Assembly (NCBI GenBank): GCA_965603825.1
Contig: CBFDEM010000026.1
Location: 1-64,000 of the forward strand
Direction: 5' to 3'
Length of the DNA stretch: 64,000 nucleotides
DNA from: Blepharisma stoltei ATCC 30299
Lineage: Eukaryota; Protista; Ciliophora
The notes beneath the pieces were generated by a model. The model did no database searches. It was given only the letters and a program-made list of their open reading frames with translations, and had not been told where the DNA came from. How positions within the stretch are numbered: the first letter of the stretch is position 1; each line of letters starts with the position of its first letter. The translations under genes and the position numbers were made by a program. This document shows positions 1-14,256 of the stretch, piece by piece.

Positions 1-554
1 TAACACCCTAACACCCTAACACCCTAACACCCTAACACCCTAACACCCTAACACCCTAACACCCTAACACCCTAACACCCTAACACCCTAACACCCTAAC
101 ACCCTAACACCCTAACACCCTAACACCCTAACACCCTAACACCCTAACACCCTAACACCCTAACACCCTAACACCCTAACACCCTAACACCCTAACACCC
201 TAACACCCTAACACCCTAACACCCTAACACCCTAACACCCTAACACCCTAACACCCTAACACCCTAACACCCTAACACCCTAACACCCTAACACCCTAAC
301 ACCCTAACACCCTAACACCCTAACACCCTAACACCCTAACACCCTAACACCCTAACACCCTAACACCCTAACACCCTAACACCCTAACACCCTAACACCC
401 TAACACCCTAACACCCTAACACCCTAACACCCTAACACCCTAACACCCTAACACCCTAACACCCCTAACACCCTAACACCCTAACACCCTAACACCCTAA
501 CACCCTAACACCCTAACACCCTAACACCCTAACACCCTAACACCCTAACACCCT
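1..554 (+). repeat. Telomeric tract (CCCTAACA)n, about 69 units; chromosome end
   Basis: Perfect 8-nt repeat from position 1 to 554 with one variant unit (extra C at ~462-465). CCCTAACA is the known Stentor/Blepharisma telomere repeat. Confidence 0.98.
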
Positions 555-1143
555 TTCTTTTATAGAATAAAGATTTTTAACCTTGGAAGAGATTTGCTTA
601 ATTTTTGAGCTAAAAGTAAATTAATTTGGCTTTGACTTATTGCAGCTTTTCTTTTATAATAACTGGTTTTATATATCATATTTATTAATGAAAAATAGAT
701 GATTATCTTTATCTAATTTATCAGCATCAAGGTGCTTATGGTTTAAATATTCTTAGCTTGATGCATTAGAAATAATTATTTCGATTAGATTTTTTTCTAT
801 TTTTCTTGTTTGAAACCAAAAATCCACTGTGATTGAATTCTTGTTTTAGAATTTCTGATTTATTTTTTGATTGAAGGAGTGAACCTTATTTTAGTAGCTA
901 TCAAGGAGAGAATGCTTATATTTCATTTAAAGATTAGAATAACACTTGAGTAGCAAAAAATCAAAGAATAGAAACTTTACAATAACCGCACAGCAATCAT
1001 TATGATGCTCTTATTGATAATAATTACTCAATGATGATACACATTCTTTATGTCTATATATGTTTCCTAAATATACTAAAATTGAGCCTATATTTCAGAA
1101 AATTATATATACTGCATTAGTAAAAAGGGCATTTTTAGTATAA

Positions 1144-1405
1144 ACAGCACATTTAATCATATTTCTGCACGAGAGAAGCAACAGTGGATTATATAGAAAA
1201 GAATATATGATGATCTGTCATATTTGAAGAGTGCAGAAATTGTTCAAAAATACATAGTTTGCACAGCTGAAATGGGAAGACTAAAAAAATCCCTGTACAA
1301 GCAAGAATAGTCTCTGCCAAACCACTAGAAAGATTCCAAATCGATTTATTCAAGTTATGTATTCGAAAAATTGAATTTAACAGTGAAGCTTATTTTGGCT
1401 CATAG
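1144..1405 (+). mobile_element. Degenerate retroviral-type integrase fragment (HHCC zinc-binding region plus start of rve core)
   Basis: Manual translation (TGA=W) across frameshifts gives TAHLIIFLH / REATVDYIEKNIWWSVIFEEC / EIVQKYIVCTAEMGRLKK / PVQARIVSAKPLERFQIDL. This matches the H..H..T..YWW..CxxC..PFERxQIDL integrase pattern. Confidence 0.55.
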
Positions 1406-2582
1406 TCAATAAAGAAATTCAAGCAGCTTATAATAAATATTTAAGGAAGTATAAAATATACATTGACTAAAAACCCTGTTATTAACAATGCAGCTACATT
1501 GGAGCTAAATATCAATAAATTATAAGAAAATTTCTAATTTTATAAAAATATAAAAATTTTGCTATTAAAATTTAACGGAAATTATAAACATTTAAAACAA
1601 AATATAACAATTATTGTATTAGTCAAGCATAGCATCTTTTCTTGAAGCCTGAACTTAAATAGCTAAAAACAATTGAATTCTAGCACAATCCTTGGATCTT
1701 TCTAACTAGAAAATAATTTGCTCATGTTTCTCGTTTAAGAAAAAGAAAGAAATACCAGAAGATGTTTTTCATTGTGTTATTATTGGATATTTTTAGCAAA
1801 CAGCTGACAGCAAACAGCTAATAAATTTGAAGATCTTGTTTTCTTGTAAGACAAAAACATTACAGAAATCTAACACAGGAGAAATATTGTTTTGGTGACT
1901 TAAAATTTTAAAAAAATATTTTACTTTGAAATACATTTCAGGAGTAATAGTTCGACGTACCAATATTTTTGTTGACTGGTCTTTACCTATAAATAACTAT
2001 TTCTTGATAAAACATACAAATAAAGCAATAAATAAGAAAAAACAATTACTACCTCTTAAAACACAGAGAAAAAAACTATTCTAAATAGTGATTTAAATTT
2101 ATTTGATTTGACGGAAATTTCGTAAGCAATGGCAAATACTGTAATGAAAGAAGAATCAACTTTTAGATAAGCATTTTTCCAATTGAGATTCTTATCAAAA
2201 CTTTCTTTTCTAGTAGCTCCTATATCCAGAAAAAAGCAAAGCATGAGCAATTGGAAAGATTAATGACACTGCCAGACAAATTATAAGTATTATTAATAGA
2301 AAATACGGAATTCTTCATCACAAGAGAATATCTAGTCTTAAAAGTATTTCTTCTTAAGCCTAAATAAAAATGTTACCATAAGAAAACCAGTTACTATGTG
2401 CCATTTTAAACGAGAAAAGTGATAACAGTATAATATATTAAAAAATAGCTATTTGCATTATAGAAAGCTCAAATTATTTTAGCTATTTATTAAATTGTCA
2501 TAATTACAGCTGATATATTTTGTAAAACATTTAAAATTGAATTTAATTCTTTTTAAATCATAGAAGAAAACATAAACAATAA

Positions 2583-4301
2583 TTATAAAGATCTTCTATC
2601 TTCAAAATTGAAAACATCAGGAGTTTTTGACTCACCAGTACGGTCTAAACGTGGCGGAGAAAGCTTTAGAGGACCTTTAGGATTCTTATTTGTGCTTCGC
2701 TTACTTAATGCTGTAGCTGCTCCTTCTATTACTTTTAGCCATATTGGAACCCCTCTAAAAACTTCTTGGGTTTTTTCATGCTCAAGACTTTGTGTTACAT
2801 CTATTTCAGGGTCAATATTTGCTAATAAAATTTGCAAATCTTTGGTTGGGATTTTGTATTTTTTTGAAAGTCTCATAATAAGCCTTTTAATTCTGGAAAA
2901 TTTTATATGAAAAGCTTGCATAGTGTCACAAAACGACCCAAGCTGACAAAATGCCACATTTTCTATATGCAAACTTGTATCTTTTTCTTTTTTTATATAC
3001 TTTTGACAATCCTTCATTTCGTTTTCTATCGAAAACTGTATCAAGGAACTCCATAATTCCAAATTTTCTCATATTGGGTGGCTGCACAGATTTTCCTTCA
3101 AAAATACCTTCCCATCACTATTTTCTTTATAAAAAGACTGTAAAAATGTTAAGCACTCTTTTATTGATAATAAATCCCCATCTCTTTCACATTCATTCAA
3201 AAAAGAGCTTAAAAGTTCAGTCACTAATAAAAATCCATCTTCTGTCAGCACAAAGCTGCCTTTATTTTTATACCCATTCATGCATAGACATCAGCATTTT
3301 CTCCCAACGTTTTCTTTTATTATACAATTAAATTGTTGATAGTCCTCTGCATTTAATTTGATTCCTTGGTACGCTCTATTTAAAATTTTATCTAAATCTC
3401 GCTTATATAAGCTGCCTATTTTTCCTAAGCCTTCAATATGAAAATTGCTTGTGATTTTTTCTTTTGTGGCAAGGCTTTTGAAAAATGGGTGGGATCCTGC
3501 ATAAGGCTCATAAGAAAGTTCTTGGGAGTTTTCGCTGGAACTGTCAATCGTTAGCAAATCTAAATTTTCTTTTAGCTCGAGGTTTTGAATTATTTGGGAA
3601 AAAGTCTCAATATCATATTGAAGGTTTCTTAATGCAGAAGTTTCGTATACGATAAATTTGGTAAGAGAGTCTTTGCAGGAGTCAAAAAGATTTGAGTTTT
3701 CGATTTGAAGCTCTTTTGCGAATTTTGAGGAAGCTTCATAACAAGCTGTAGTCAGATTATTATAATTTTCTATTGCATCTATATAAAGTTTTAGCTGTTT
3801 TTCTACTTCTTTTTTGCTTTTATTTGAGATTATTTTGCTTTGGTCATTATTTGGGTCTAATTTTAATAAAATTTGTTCACAATTCGAGCAGGTTTTTCAA
3901 TATTTTACTTTAGAATTTTCTGCCTCTTCCAGCTGCCTTTGTTTTTCTTTGGAAATTTTATTACAATCTCCATAAAGTTTCTTTAATGAATAATTGTAAT
4001 TTTTCAGCATCATCTGCAAGGGTGGGATCACATCTGAATCTAAATTCTCAGCAAATTGCTGGGACTGATGCGCTTTATTCAGAAAATATTTATTCATAGC
4101 TGCCCAAGCCTCATTTAAGGATCCTGACAGCTGACCGAAAGCAACCTGATTTATAATATTTTCTAGATTGTAAGAATATGTATTCTGAAGATTCGAAATT
4201 TCTTGGAAAAGATTGATTATGCTTTCACATTCTTTTTTTCGCTCTGTGAACTGGTAGAAAAGAGAGTTTTGAGAGATGTTGTCGAGAAGATTCAAATTCA
4301 T
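2583..4301 (-). CDS. F-BAR/FCH-like coiled-coil protein with possible SBF2-like C-terminal segment, 572 aa
   Basis: Four track ORFs are in one frame and separated only by TGA (3897, 3291, 3069); the gene ends at TAA. N-terminal pattern GSLNEAW..HQSQQFAENLDSDVIPPL resembles F-BAR; HPIWENLELWSSLI resembles SBF1/2-domain motifs. Confidence 0.75.
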
Positions 4302-5737
4302 ATTTTGGAAATTTTATTCTGGCGAAATATCAATTATGAAAGAATTAATTAAGAAATTTTGTATAGAGAAAGTAAAGAAAATTATTGGGTAGAAAATTAA
4401 AATAATTTGGCTGTTTGAGAAATATGATTATTTTTTGTGAAAAAGAAGGAGATAAGTGCCAAAGATGATTTGACTATAAGAAGATGATGAATAGATAGTG
4501 CAACAAGATAGTGATATTGAAATAATTATGGCTCAGAATCATCATTACAGGTATAAGGTGCAGGAAACTCATGAAAAAACTCATGCACATAAAGAAAAAT
4601 GCTAATATTTGTTTAAAGCAATAATTTAATTACTTTAAAATTTCTATAAAAATATAATATTTAATCGAAATTGCAGTTAATCTTATCTTAAAAGCTATTT
4701 AAATGATGAAAAGAAATATCTATTGTGCTATAAGAAAGCCTAATAATATATTTATGCAGGACAAGAAATTTCATGAAAATACCAACAATTCATATTTTTA
4801 TGCTTACCCGACTTTTTTAGTTTAAAAGACTTAGCTCCAGTCGCTTCTCATAAAGTAAAAGCAGTTTCTAATGAGAAACTTAGCCCAAAGGAAAAGTTTC
4901 ATAATTGTCTAAGAGGCTTTGCAGCAAATAGGGAAGAGACCAAGAGAAAAATAGTCAGTCTGTCAGAAAATGAGAACAAAGAAGATGCTACTCTGTGATG
5001 TGCTAAAAGCGAGAGACAAGGTACAAATGAAGCCATTAAACTCTAAAATAAAGCTAGTCGGAATAATCGCAGATTTGATGCAGCTATACTGATTGGCTGA
5101 TACTATTGAGCTTGCAGATAACTTTTAGAGGCAAGATTTTGTGGTGAACCTGCTATTGATATTGCTAAGAGAAAGGAATGCACTATCTAATGCTCTCTAC
5201 TTAACGTGGAAAATTTGTATAACTGAAGAAGAATCAAAATAACCTTCATCATATGACTAATTAACTTGTGGCTTTTTAATAAAAATGCCTTGCTATTAAT
5301 TATTCTCTTAATATTGATATTAGAGAATATGCCTCTGAATTAGATTTATGTATATATAGCTTTATCATTGCATGTGCTAGCTAAGGCGAAGGAAATCTCA
5401 GAAAACCGCCCAACATGAAAAAGACAGCATTTCCGTACATCGACCATCCTAGGAAGTCCAACATAGTAATCTAGTAATTGCAGTCAATATCAAGCAAAAG
5501 CTTGAAACTCAGCAAGATTGGCAGCTAAATGGCATATTTTTCCTAAATATTTTTTTTTTCTTGCTCTATTCAGTTAATGCCCATATAATTATAAGACTCC
5601 GATCTCTTCACAGCATCCGCAAAAATAAACTTGCCTTCTTCCTATAATCTAAAATTTCTGCTAAATCTGCAAAATAATCACATATTCGTTTTGCATTCAC
5701 ACAAATTACATTTTTAAACACCAAAAATAAAATTAAT

Positions 5738-6772
5738 ATGGGAAGTGCGAAGTCTAAAGCAGTAAAATCAAAAAGTTTCAAAAAAAGTAGCTCAGTCAAA
5801 AACCCTCTCCCCAAAATAACTTTAGACGACTTCCAAGTTACCCGCTTTATAGGCTCTGGCTATTACGGAAAAGTCTATGTAGTCCGATGTGTTCTAGATG
5901 ACAAAACCTATGCAATGAAAATTATGAAAAAATCAAAAATTCATGAAGAAAATAAAATCTCTCATATAAAAACTGAAAGAAAAATCCTTGGGACAGTCAA
6001 AAGCCCTTTCATATCTCCTTTAAGGTACGCATTTCAATCGAAATCCCACCTTTTTCTGGTATTAGAGTACTACAAAGGTGGAGAATTATTTTGCCATCTA
6101 AAGGAAATGAAAAGGTTCCCTGAGGAATGAATTAAATTTTACGCTGCTGAAATTGTGCTAGGCCTTCAGTCACTACATGAGCGTGGAATTGTATATCGTG
6201 ACATAAAGCCTGAAAATATATTATTTGATGCCTTTGGGCATATAGCATTAATTGACTTTGGCTTAGCAAAGCAATTTATGAAGCAGTTCTCCGGAGCAGC
6301 CACATTTTGTGGGACAAGTGAATATCTGGCGCCTGAAGTTATAACTGGTGACGAATATGGTCTATCAGTCGATATCTGGAGCCTTGGAATTTTACTATAT
6401 GAACTCGCGACAGGCCAAACACCGTTTTACGATATCAACGACAATACAATGTACAGAAAAGCTATTCATGATGACTTAAAATTCCCTGAAGGGTTTTCAG
6501 CTGATTTTAAAGCTTTAATTTCTGGCTGCCTCGAAAAAAACCCTTCGCAGCGACTTACTATAAACCAAATTAAATGTCACCAATTTTTCAGCGACACCAG
6601 TTGGGACGCTATGTGGACTAAACGCATTAAGCCACCTTACGACCCCATTTCTAAAGCAATTTCTATATCAAAAATGGTAAATCTAGAGCCAAATTTTAAG
6701 GTGACAGAGTCTACGCCTCATTCGACAGCTCAGAATTTTTCAAATTTTACTTATTCGGGCACTGCATCATAA
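5738..6772 (+). CDS. AGC-family Ser/Thr protein kinase (SGK/Akt/S6K-like), 344 aa, probable N-myristoylation
   Basis: Motifs GSGYYGKV, YAMK, YRDIKPEN, DFG, TFCGTSEYLAPE and the C-terminal hydrophobic motif FSNFTY. One TGA (6128-6130) reads FPEEWIKFYAAE. MGSAKS plus a basic patch at the N-terminus. Confidence 0.95.
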
Positions 6773-6783
6773 TTTAATATATT

Positions 6784-9700
6784 TTAATTATCCTGGTCAA
6801 GAATATTAACTGTCTCTATCACGAGGTCTTCTAGCACCATATCAGCCAGGTCAAGTTTTACTTGTACTTCTTCAAATTCGTACTCTACCCAGATATTGTC
6901 TTTTTCTATTATATCGTCAGCCAGCATACTTGCTAGTCTTTCTTCTCTCATTTGTTGGACATATTCTTCGTCGAAATTCCCGCCTGTGAGGACCATGTCT
7001 TGAGTTGGCACTTTTCCAGCTTGGACGAGGCTTCATTTTTCGATGAGTGTTTTTATTTCTGAAATCATGATACTAGGGTTTTTGTGTAGATTTACGAGCT
7101 GGCGACTTGAAGTGCTCCAAGGAAGAGGAACGCCTTTAAGACCATATGGCCTATATTTTTGCAATGCTTCATTTGTAGCATCAAAAATCATCTTATTATG
7201 GATATGCTCACATTCTGATATCATCTGTATAGTATTCGGACTCAAACATCTTTGTGAATGAGCTGCTTCACGTGGGTGCTCCAAATTAAGATAATAATTT
7301 ACATTTAATACAGCTGGCGGCATTACAAATTCAGTTTCTATAGGAGTCCCTATTTTTGCTGCCTGCATTCTTGATAATACTTCTAATGCGTTTCTTTTTA
7401 ATGGTTTTTTCAAATTTATAAGAAAATCATCAATATTTTTTAAAGCAAGGTCAAAAATTTCGTCAACGTATTTTTGGACTGATAAATGGTCAGTTTGAAT
7501 GGCTGGCCCTGAATATAAACTTGGCTCAGGTTTGACCTCTTCTTTTAAATTTGGATCTTCTGGGAAGGATGGTTTTGGGATTATGTCTTCACTTATAAGC
7601 ATTTGTAAAATAGATTCTGATATAATAGAGATAAGCTCAGGCGTGATTTCACGGAAAAGGTCAGGAGGCAAATGGATTTTTGCTTCAGAAGCTTCGAGTT
7701 TTAGCTCAGGAAGAGGGGTTAAAGGCTTTGATTTGTCGTCTTCGCTGTCACTGCTTAAAAATGGAGCTGAAGGTCGATCTATAAGAGACTCTGGAGTTTG
7801 TGAGGATGGCTCTGGTGTAAGCATTTGAAGCTCGTCAAGAGAATCATTATCATGTTTTACAAAGGCGGAGGCTTCTGGGGATTTTCCTTCTTCTATAAAG
7901 ATTTCAGCTTGCTGGAGGCTGAGGATATTTTTTGGGAGCTCAAAAGATGTAATTGAAGGACCTTCACTTACCTGTGGAGAACCCATAGGAGGATTTGGTG
8001 GGGACCTAGGGCTTTCTTCTTCAAGACTTTCAGAATCATATAAATTTCCTATTTCATTGTCTGTTTCTTTTATTATTTCGTCTGATTTAGTCTCAATTTC
8101 TACCAAACTTTCATTTTTTTTAATTGAGCTCGCTGAAGATTCATTTAAAAAACTCGTTTTCTGCTCCTGGGAAACTTCTTTAAGCTCCTCCAGTTCACTT
8201 ATACACTCAAAGCTGTTTTTTGGTTCTTGGAAGCTTTCTTTATTTTCCTCACTTTTTAATGATTCATTTTCACTACTTTTATATGACTCATTGCTCATAA
8301 TTTTTTGAATAATTTCGTCACATTCGTCAGTTTCTGTTCCAGTTTGGCCAAAGGTAGGGGATTTTATTTTTTGGGGAATTTCTGCACTGATATTGCTTAA
8401 ATAAGAAGGAGCGTCACTGAATTGTTTATCTTCATCATTTTCTGGCGCGTTTTTCATTTCTCTGACTGTTTTCAGTTTTAATAAATCCTCGCTTTCTTCG
8501 AAATTTTTGTTTTTATTTAATTCTCTCATAAGTTTTTCAAGCTCGTCAGGTCTTAAGCTATCACTATCAGACTCAATATTTTTTTGAATTTTCTTGCTGA
8601 ATAGTTCCATAAACTTATCAGATCCTTGAGACTCAAAATAGCTGCCCTCACTAGAGCTATCCCCGGTATATTCCCTCATATTCTGCTCTTCATTTTGCTT
8701 TAAATTTTGCTCTTTTGTCAATGCTTCTTGGACATTTGCAATATTTTCTACTATCAAATTTGTCAAATGCAAATACCGGTTTTCTATTATTTCTGCTAAC
8801 ATTTTTTCTAGCTCTTTTCCTTGGCCTAGTTTTTTTGTAACTTCTTTAAGCTCTCTCAATTCTTTTTCTTTTAATTTTTGTAAATTTTGTTTTTGATTTT
8901 CTTGCCAGATTAATTGGTCTTTCAAAATGTCTTTAAATTCGTCTTTTTGATGCTTGATTTCTTCAATGTTTTTTAATTCTTCTATTAAGCGGTCTTCTAG
9001 ATTTGTGGTACTTGTTTTTGGGCTTAAAATATTCATTAAATTTTCTGGAGGAATTTCTGAGCTGGTGTCTGATGGAGAATAAGGAGACTCCTCAATTTGG
9101 ATTTCAAGATTTTTTTTGAATTTTGATGGGTCTTTTGATAAAATTTTCTGGACTTCTTCGTCTTCATCAGCAAAATCCTTTGTGAGCCTTTTTTGGGTAA
9201 GAAATCGGCGTATATTTGCTTGGATTTTTGTCGCTGCTTGATTTTGAGTATTTGGAGAGGCTTCGCGGAGATTTTCTTTGACTTTTCCAATTCTGTATCG
9301 TAGGTCATCAAGTCTTTTTTTAATATCATTTTTGCGAAACTCAATAGATGTGTTTGATTCGTTAATTATTTTCCCATTAGATGAAGAGCTTTCTAACAGA
9401 TTTTGGTCATTTATTGTTGAATCCTGAAAGTCAATGTTTCCGCTCTGATTATTTTGTTCTAAATTTGTATATTTGATATGTTTCTTCAAAATATCTTGCG
9501 TTTTAAATTCCTCCTTTCCTTTATTTATAGCTGGACTGATAAAATACTCCTGAAACGACTCTTTACTATCTGAGCGCTCATTAATCATCCTTCTGCTACT
9601 CAATGGCTGATAAGACTGCTCTTCAGACCCACTTATAGGCGAATCTTCCATCCATGTTTTTGTCGGCTTTTTTTTATTATTTTTCTTTTTGCTTAATTTT

Positions 9701-10866
9701 CTCTTTTTTTTCTTTTTCAAATTAATTTGTGATTTTGCAAAAATATCTAGCTGTTTTAACTGTGTAAGTCTTTTAGCTTCTTCTGCTTGGTGATGTAACA
9801 TTTCTTGCTCTTTTGACTCTTTTCTTGACTGCTTTTTTACTTTTATAAATGCTTTCAACTTTGGGTCTGATTTTTTGGAGGCTTTAAATGGCTTAATTAT
9901 TTCTTGGCTGACACTTTTGCTTCGTGATATAGTTCCCAGCTCTATTCTTAGCTCTGCTAGAGTTTCTAACCCAAGTCTATCCTTTTCAGCTGATTTTGTG
10001 CGGGCGCGAATTTCTCGTTGGTGTCTTCTTTCTTCTTCAATTTCTTTTTGCAGTTTTATTGTATCTAAGCCCAGGATTTTTTTTCCATTTGCACCCCATG
10101 CTATTTTTGGGTGAAATTTTTCTTGTCTAAATTTCACTGAATTTTCTTGTCGAATTTGATTATTGTGGATTTTCTGCTCAAATTTTCGAAGCTCATTTTC
10201 TGCTTTCTGCTTTTGCTCAGCCTTGATTTTTTTAACTTTTTTTACTTTTTCCTGTATCAGTGTATTTTTGACAATGTCATCAATTCTTATTACGCTTCGA
10301 GGTTCTTTGTCTTCAGTGGTTTTTGTCATTTCAGGCTTGATTTCAGTTTCTCTTATTTTGATTTCTGGGATTGAAAATGATTTGCTAGGTGACTTTTTAT
10401 TTTCTGTCATTTTTTTCTGTGACTTACTCTGCACAAGATGCTTATTTAAAATCAAAGTTTTACTCATCTTGGTAGTCTCTTTAGCTAATTTTGCTTTAGA
10501 AGGATGAATAGGTGGCTTTGGCTGAATTTTTCCCAGAGATTTTCTTTCAGTTTTTGATCTGGATAAATGTTTTTGTGACAGATTCGAATTATCCTCATTT
10601 TGCAAATCCAACGTTTTGCGAGGCTTCTTGGGTTTTTTAAAAACCTGAACGGGAACAGGATATTTGCTAGAATTGTCGTTTTCTGGTCTATATAAAGCGC
10701 TTTGTGATAAAATTCTTTTTCCAGTCACAGAAGAGGAGCCTACTCGTGCCCCTATGAATGAGCGATATGTGGTGCTTACTTCTAAGAACCCTGTGCTTTG
10801 GCCTAAGAAAGAGCCTGGAGAGTGCAATTGGCTTTGGTCAACTGAAAAGTTAATTACTTGAGTCAT
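6784..10866 (-). CDS. Large coiled-coil protein with IQ motif and C-terminal DUF4378/CAP350-like domain, 1360 aa
   Basis: ORFs 7033-10866 and 6784-7011 join in frame through TGA at 7033. IQ motif AATKIQANIRRFLTQKR; C-terminal HNKMIFDATNEAL..W..EEVQVKLDLADMVLEDLVIETV. Confidence 0.8.
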
Positions 10867-12472
10867 ATTTAAATAGCAATTTTTGGAGTTGTTTATAAAG
10901 AAACAATAATAAAGGATTAAAAAATAGAGGGAAAAGACAGTGATATTTTGAAGGGTTAATTATAAAAAATAGTCCCAATAATTATTGTAAATATTGTAAA
11001 AGATGAAATTAGAAATTCTTGAATTATCAATCAACTGCTCTTTAAAAATGTTAGCCCAATACTATTATTTGAAAGAAAAATTTCAATTGCAGGTCATAAA
11101 CTTGGAAGCATATTAAAATACGACAATTACAAAGATTCTTATAAAAGCCTGTTTGAGATTAGCCCAATTAGTCAAAAATACTTTATACGAGAGGTGCTAT
11201 GATGTTACAAATGATCTTCAATGCTATATTTCAGAAATAAAATATTGAAAAATCTGAAATTATCATGAGATAATTGACGGAATAATATTTCCTTGCTTTA
11301 ACGTTTGTCATTACAATAAAGCTTTTATTTATTGTAATCAGCATTTAGAAATACGAACATTTGATGTCAAGAAATTAGCATTCACTTATATTGGGATAAC
11401 TTCGATACTCATAGCTATAATAATAAATCAAATCAGCATAATGACTTGGACAATAATAATAAAAATTAAGATATAAGTTATTCTCAACTTTTCTTCGAAA
11501 TAATCAAAAAAGGAAGCTTAAAAAATTGCCTTTCATTGAAGAAGGAACCAATATTTAGACATTTTTGTATTCAAATTATCTATTTATTCAAGATGCTTAC
11601 AACATATAAATAGCAAAAAGCTTTTGCAAAATTTAAATGCCCTATTTTAATAAAGCAACTTTTATGAGATTTGTTTAAATGAAGAAATATAGTTGGCTTC
11701 CTTGCTTCTGCAGCTCAAACCTCAAGAAAAAAATTAATTAAAGGCCTTAAGCTGTGAATATATAAAATATACTATTTATAAAAATTTCCTAAATTAATCT
11801 AGCCTTGCATATTTTTTCAAGTTTAAGGATAAGTGCGATGCTGCAGCAAATAATTTTGCAAGCGTATAATAGATTAAAACTCGAGCATCATTATATGACT
11901 ATAGATGGGATATAATTTGCATTTTAGCCTTATTATGCTTCATTTCATAATTTTTAAATTCATTCACAAATTTATTTCAGGATGACCTTTATGGAGATTA
12001 CTATTCATAAATAGATTTTATTCAGAAATTTTTGCGTTTAATTGAGATGATAGTTAAAATTAGTCAACTCAATATTAATTATTTCTAGTTTTTCGAAAGA
12101 ATTGATCTAAGCTTCTATTTAGGCTATTTGTGCTGCCTTAACTTAAGAGCTAAAACTTATAAATTGTTTGAATTAAAAAGCTACTCTATAAAAGCAGTGA
12201 TTGACTTACTTTTTTAGTTTAGGCTAAGTCACTGGCTTTTAATTTTTCAGTGCTCTTTAATTGATTCGTAATTTTCATTGTCTTTTTTGAAGAAACTACC
12301 TAACTCGAAACATAAAAAATTGAAGATCTATTTTCTATTAACCGTGCTTTCGCGTGCTTTTATTTAAAATTATTAATTTTTAAAAGTCTTTTTCAAATCC
12401 CTTTTTAGTTATATCCGTTTTTTAAAATTTATTTCGATAATTCATTTTTATTTATACGGATATAATTATTAA

Positions 12473-13827
12473 ATGGGAAGGTCGACCCGACTGAAGGCAT
12501 GCTTTATATTTTTTTGTCTTTCCTTTGGTATTGGTGCTTATTCTCCTTTTGCAAAATGGGTTTTTACCCCAAACAATCTAGTAGATGGGAAAATCAAAGA
12601 TTTATCAACTAGTAGCAATATGCCTTTCACATGAAGTGGTAAACTAATTCCTACATCAGATGTAACTTGTAAAGGTCTTCATATCACTACTGATAAAATT
12701 TTACTTACTCAGGAAATGCAAGAGCTATTTACTCGTCCACAGTAGAGTATGGGGTAAGTATTTGAATGAACTTGCAAGGAAATGGAATCGCAGTTGATAT
12801 AGGATTTTCTATTTATACTACTTCTTTTTATCGAACCGAATTTAAGGATCACACAACCTTGATCTTTAGTCCACCTCATGGCCAAAAAAAAGAAGTTCCT
12901 ATTTCTCAAGGTATGTTTTAGATAGGAAAATGAATATTTTTAGTCTTTTATTTTGTGAAAATTCAATCCATTTGGACTTGGACAGTTATTTCTCCAGAGT
13001 TTTCCACTGTTACTTTAACTGATACCTACAACCCATGGAATACAATTATAATTGGAAAGTATATAGATGCAGACTATTATGAGATTCAATTCTTCAAAAA
13101 AGCTACTATAAACTCGTCTATTGTCACTTTATATGACAACTCTGATGCTACTTATGATGCTACAACTTCGACTTGTTCAGCTTCTTGCAATACTTATTGT
13201 CACTCCGATGTGGGATGCTTGAGCTCAACACCTTGCCCATGTCCGGCACTTTGCACATGCTCTGCAAATGATGGAGTGTGCTCATATTGTAACGATCAAA
13301 ATGGTGACCTTGCAAATAAGTGTCAATGCAAAACTAATTATGCTCTCGAAGGACTTAGTTGTGTCTTAAGTAATTTTTATGCAGATTCTCCTCTCAATTG
13401 TGCATTATGAACAGCAGAAAAGGTATGCACTCAATGCAATCCAAGCTTTTTCCTCTATAATAGCGGCTCTTCTACAAGCTGCTTAGGTAACTTTTATTTA
13501 GCTTGTGACTCATGCACTTCTTGCAATGCTAGTCCTACTTGCTTTAAATGTGCTGATGTAATTTCTCAATCTGGAAACTCCTGCAGAGTTTACTCAGTTG
13601 GGTACAAGTTTAGCTTTGTCTCTCCAAACATTATTGTTGACTTCGCCTATCCGTTGGCAAAGACTCTAAAAATTAGCAACTTAAAAGCAACAACTGATAG
13701 CCAGGATATCGCGACCACTACTTGGCAAATACACTCACAAACTGCAAGCCAGCTACAGATTAGAACTGATCTTATTCTAAGCCAGCTCCCAATCAAGCTT
13801 AAATTCAGCTTTGAGCAGGAGTCTTAG
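12473..13827 (+). pseudogene. Array copy 1, frameshifted near 12700
   Basis: GATAAAATTTTACTTACTCAGGA puts the conserved YSG out of frame with the ATG and leads to a TAG near 12742. The downstream part is intact in another frame. Confidence 0.75.
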
Positions 13828-14256
13828 AAGGATAATTAATTCTTCTTTCTTAAGTTCGACTTCGAATTTAATTTTTATCAATAATAGATGAGCATGCTAA
13901 AATATATTTCCTTTTCATAACGCGCCAAAATTCTAATCTCTTAAAAATTGCTTTTATTAAAATTTAAAGAAAAAATCTAAATCACTATTGCAAGAAAAGC
14001 TATATTTATTATATTAGCGATAGGAATTTTCCTAAAATACTTAATAAATGAAATCAGATTAAAGCCACCCAAAACTCCTATAATCACATTACTTTGGCTA
14101 TCAACTACACTTTGTAAATTCTAACCAATTTCATTGCTTAGCCTATTAAAGCTCAAATCTAAGTCGCTTATAGCTAGTAAAATGGTGCCTGCCTAAGAAA
14201 ACTCCAAAAATCAATCTAGTTATATTTCGAGTTATCAAAAGTTTCATAAAAAGCCC

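Noticed and set aside
461-466. Variant telomere unit with four C's
   Set aside because: A single event that cannot be told apart from telomerase slippage or a homopolymer sequencing error.
1500-2450. Minus-strand ORF 2056-2250 as a gene
   Set aside because: No ATG, AT-rich, and surrounded by stops. At most an unidentifiable membrane-protein remnant.
4860-5200. Possible ankyrin-repeat remnant (GEPAIDIAKRK)
   Set aside because: Only one weak motif amid stops; too little to call.
7043-10861. Plus-strand ORFs opposite the DUF4378 gene, and similar ORFs opposite the F-BAR and giant genes
   Set aside because: These are antisense shadows of long coding frames with no recognisable motifs.
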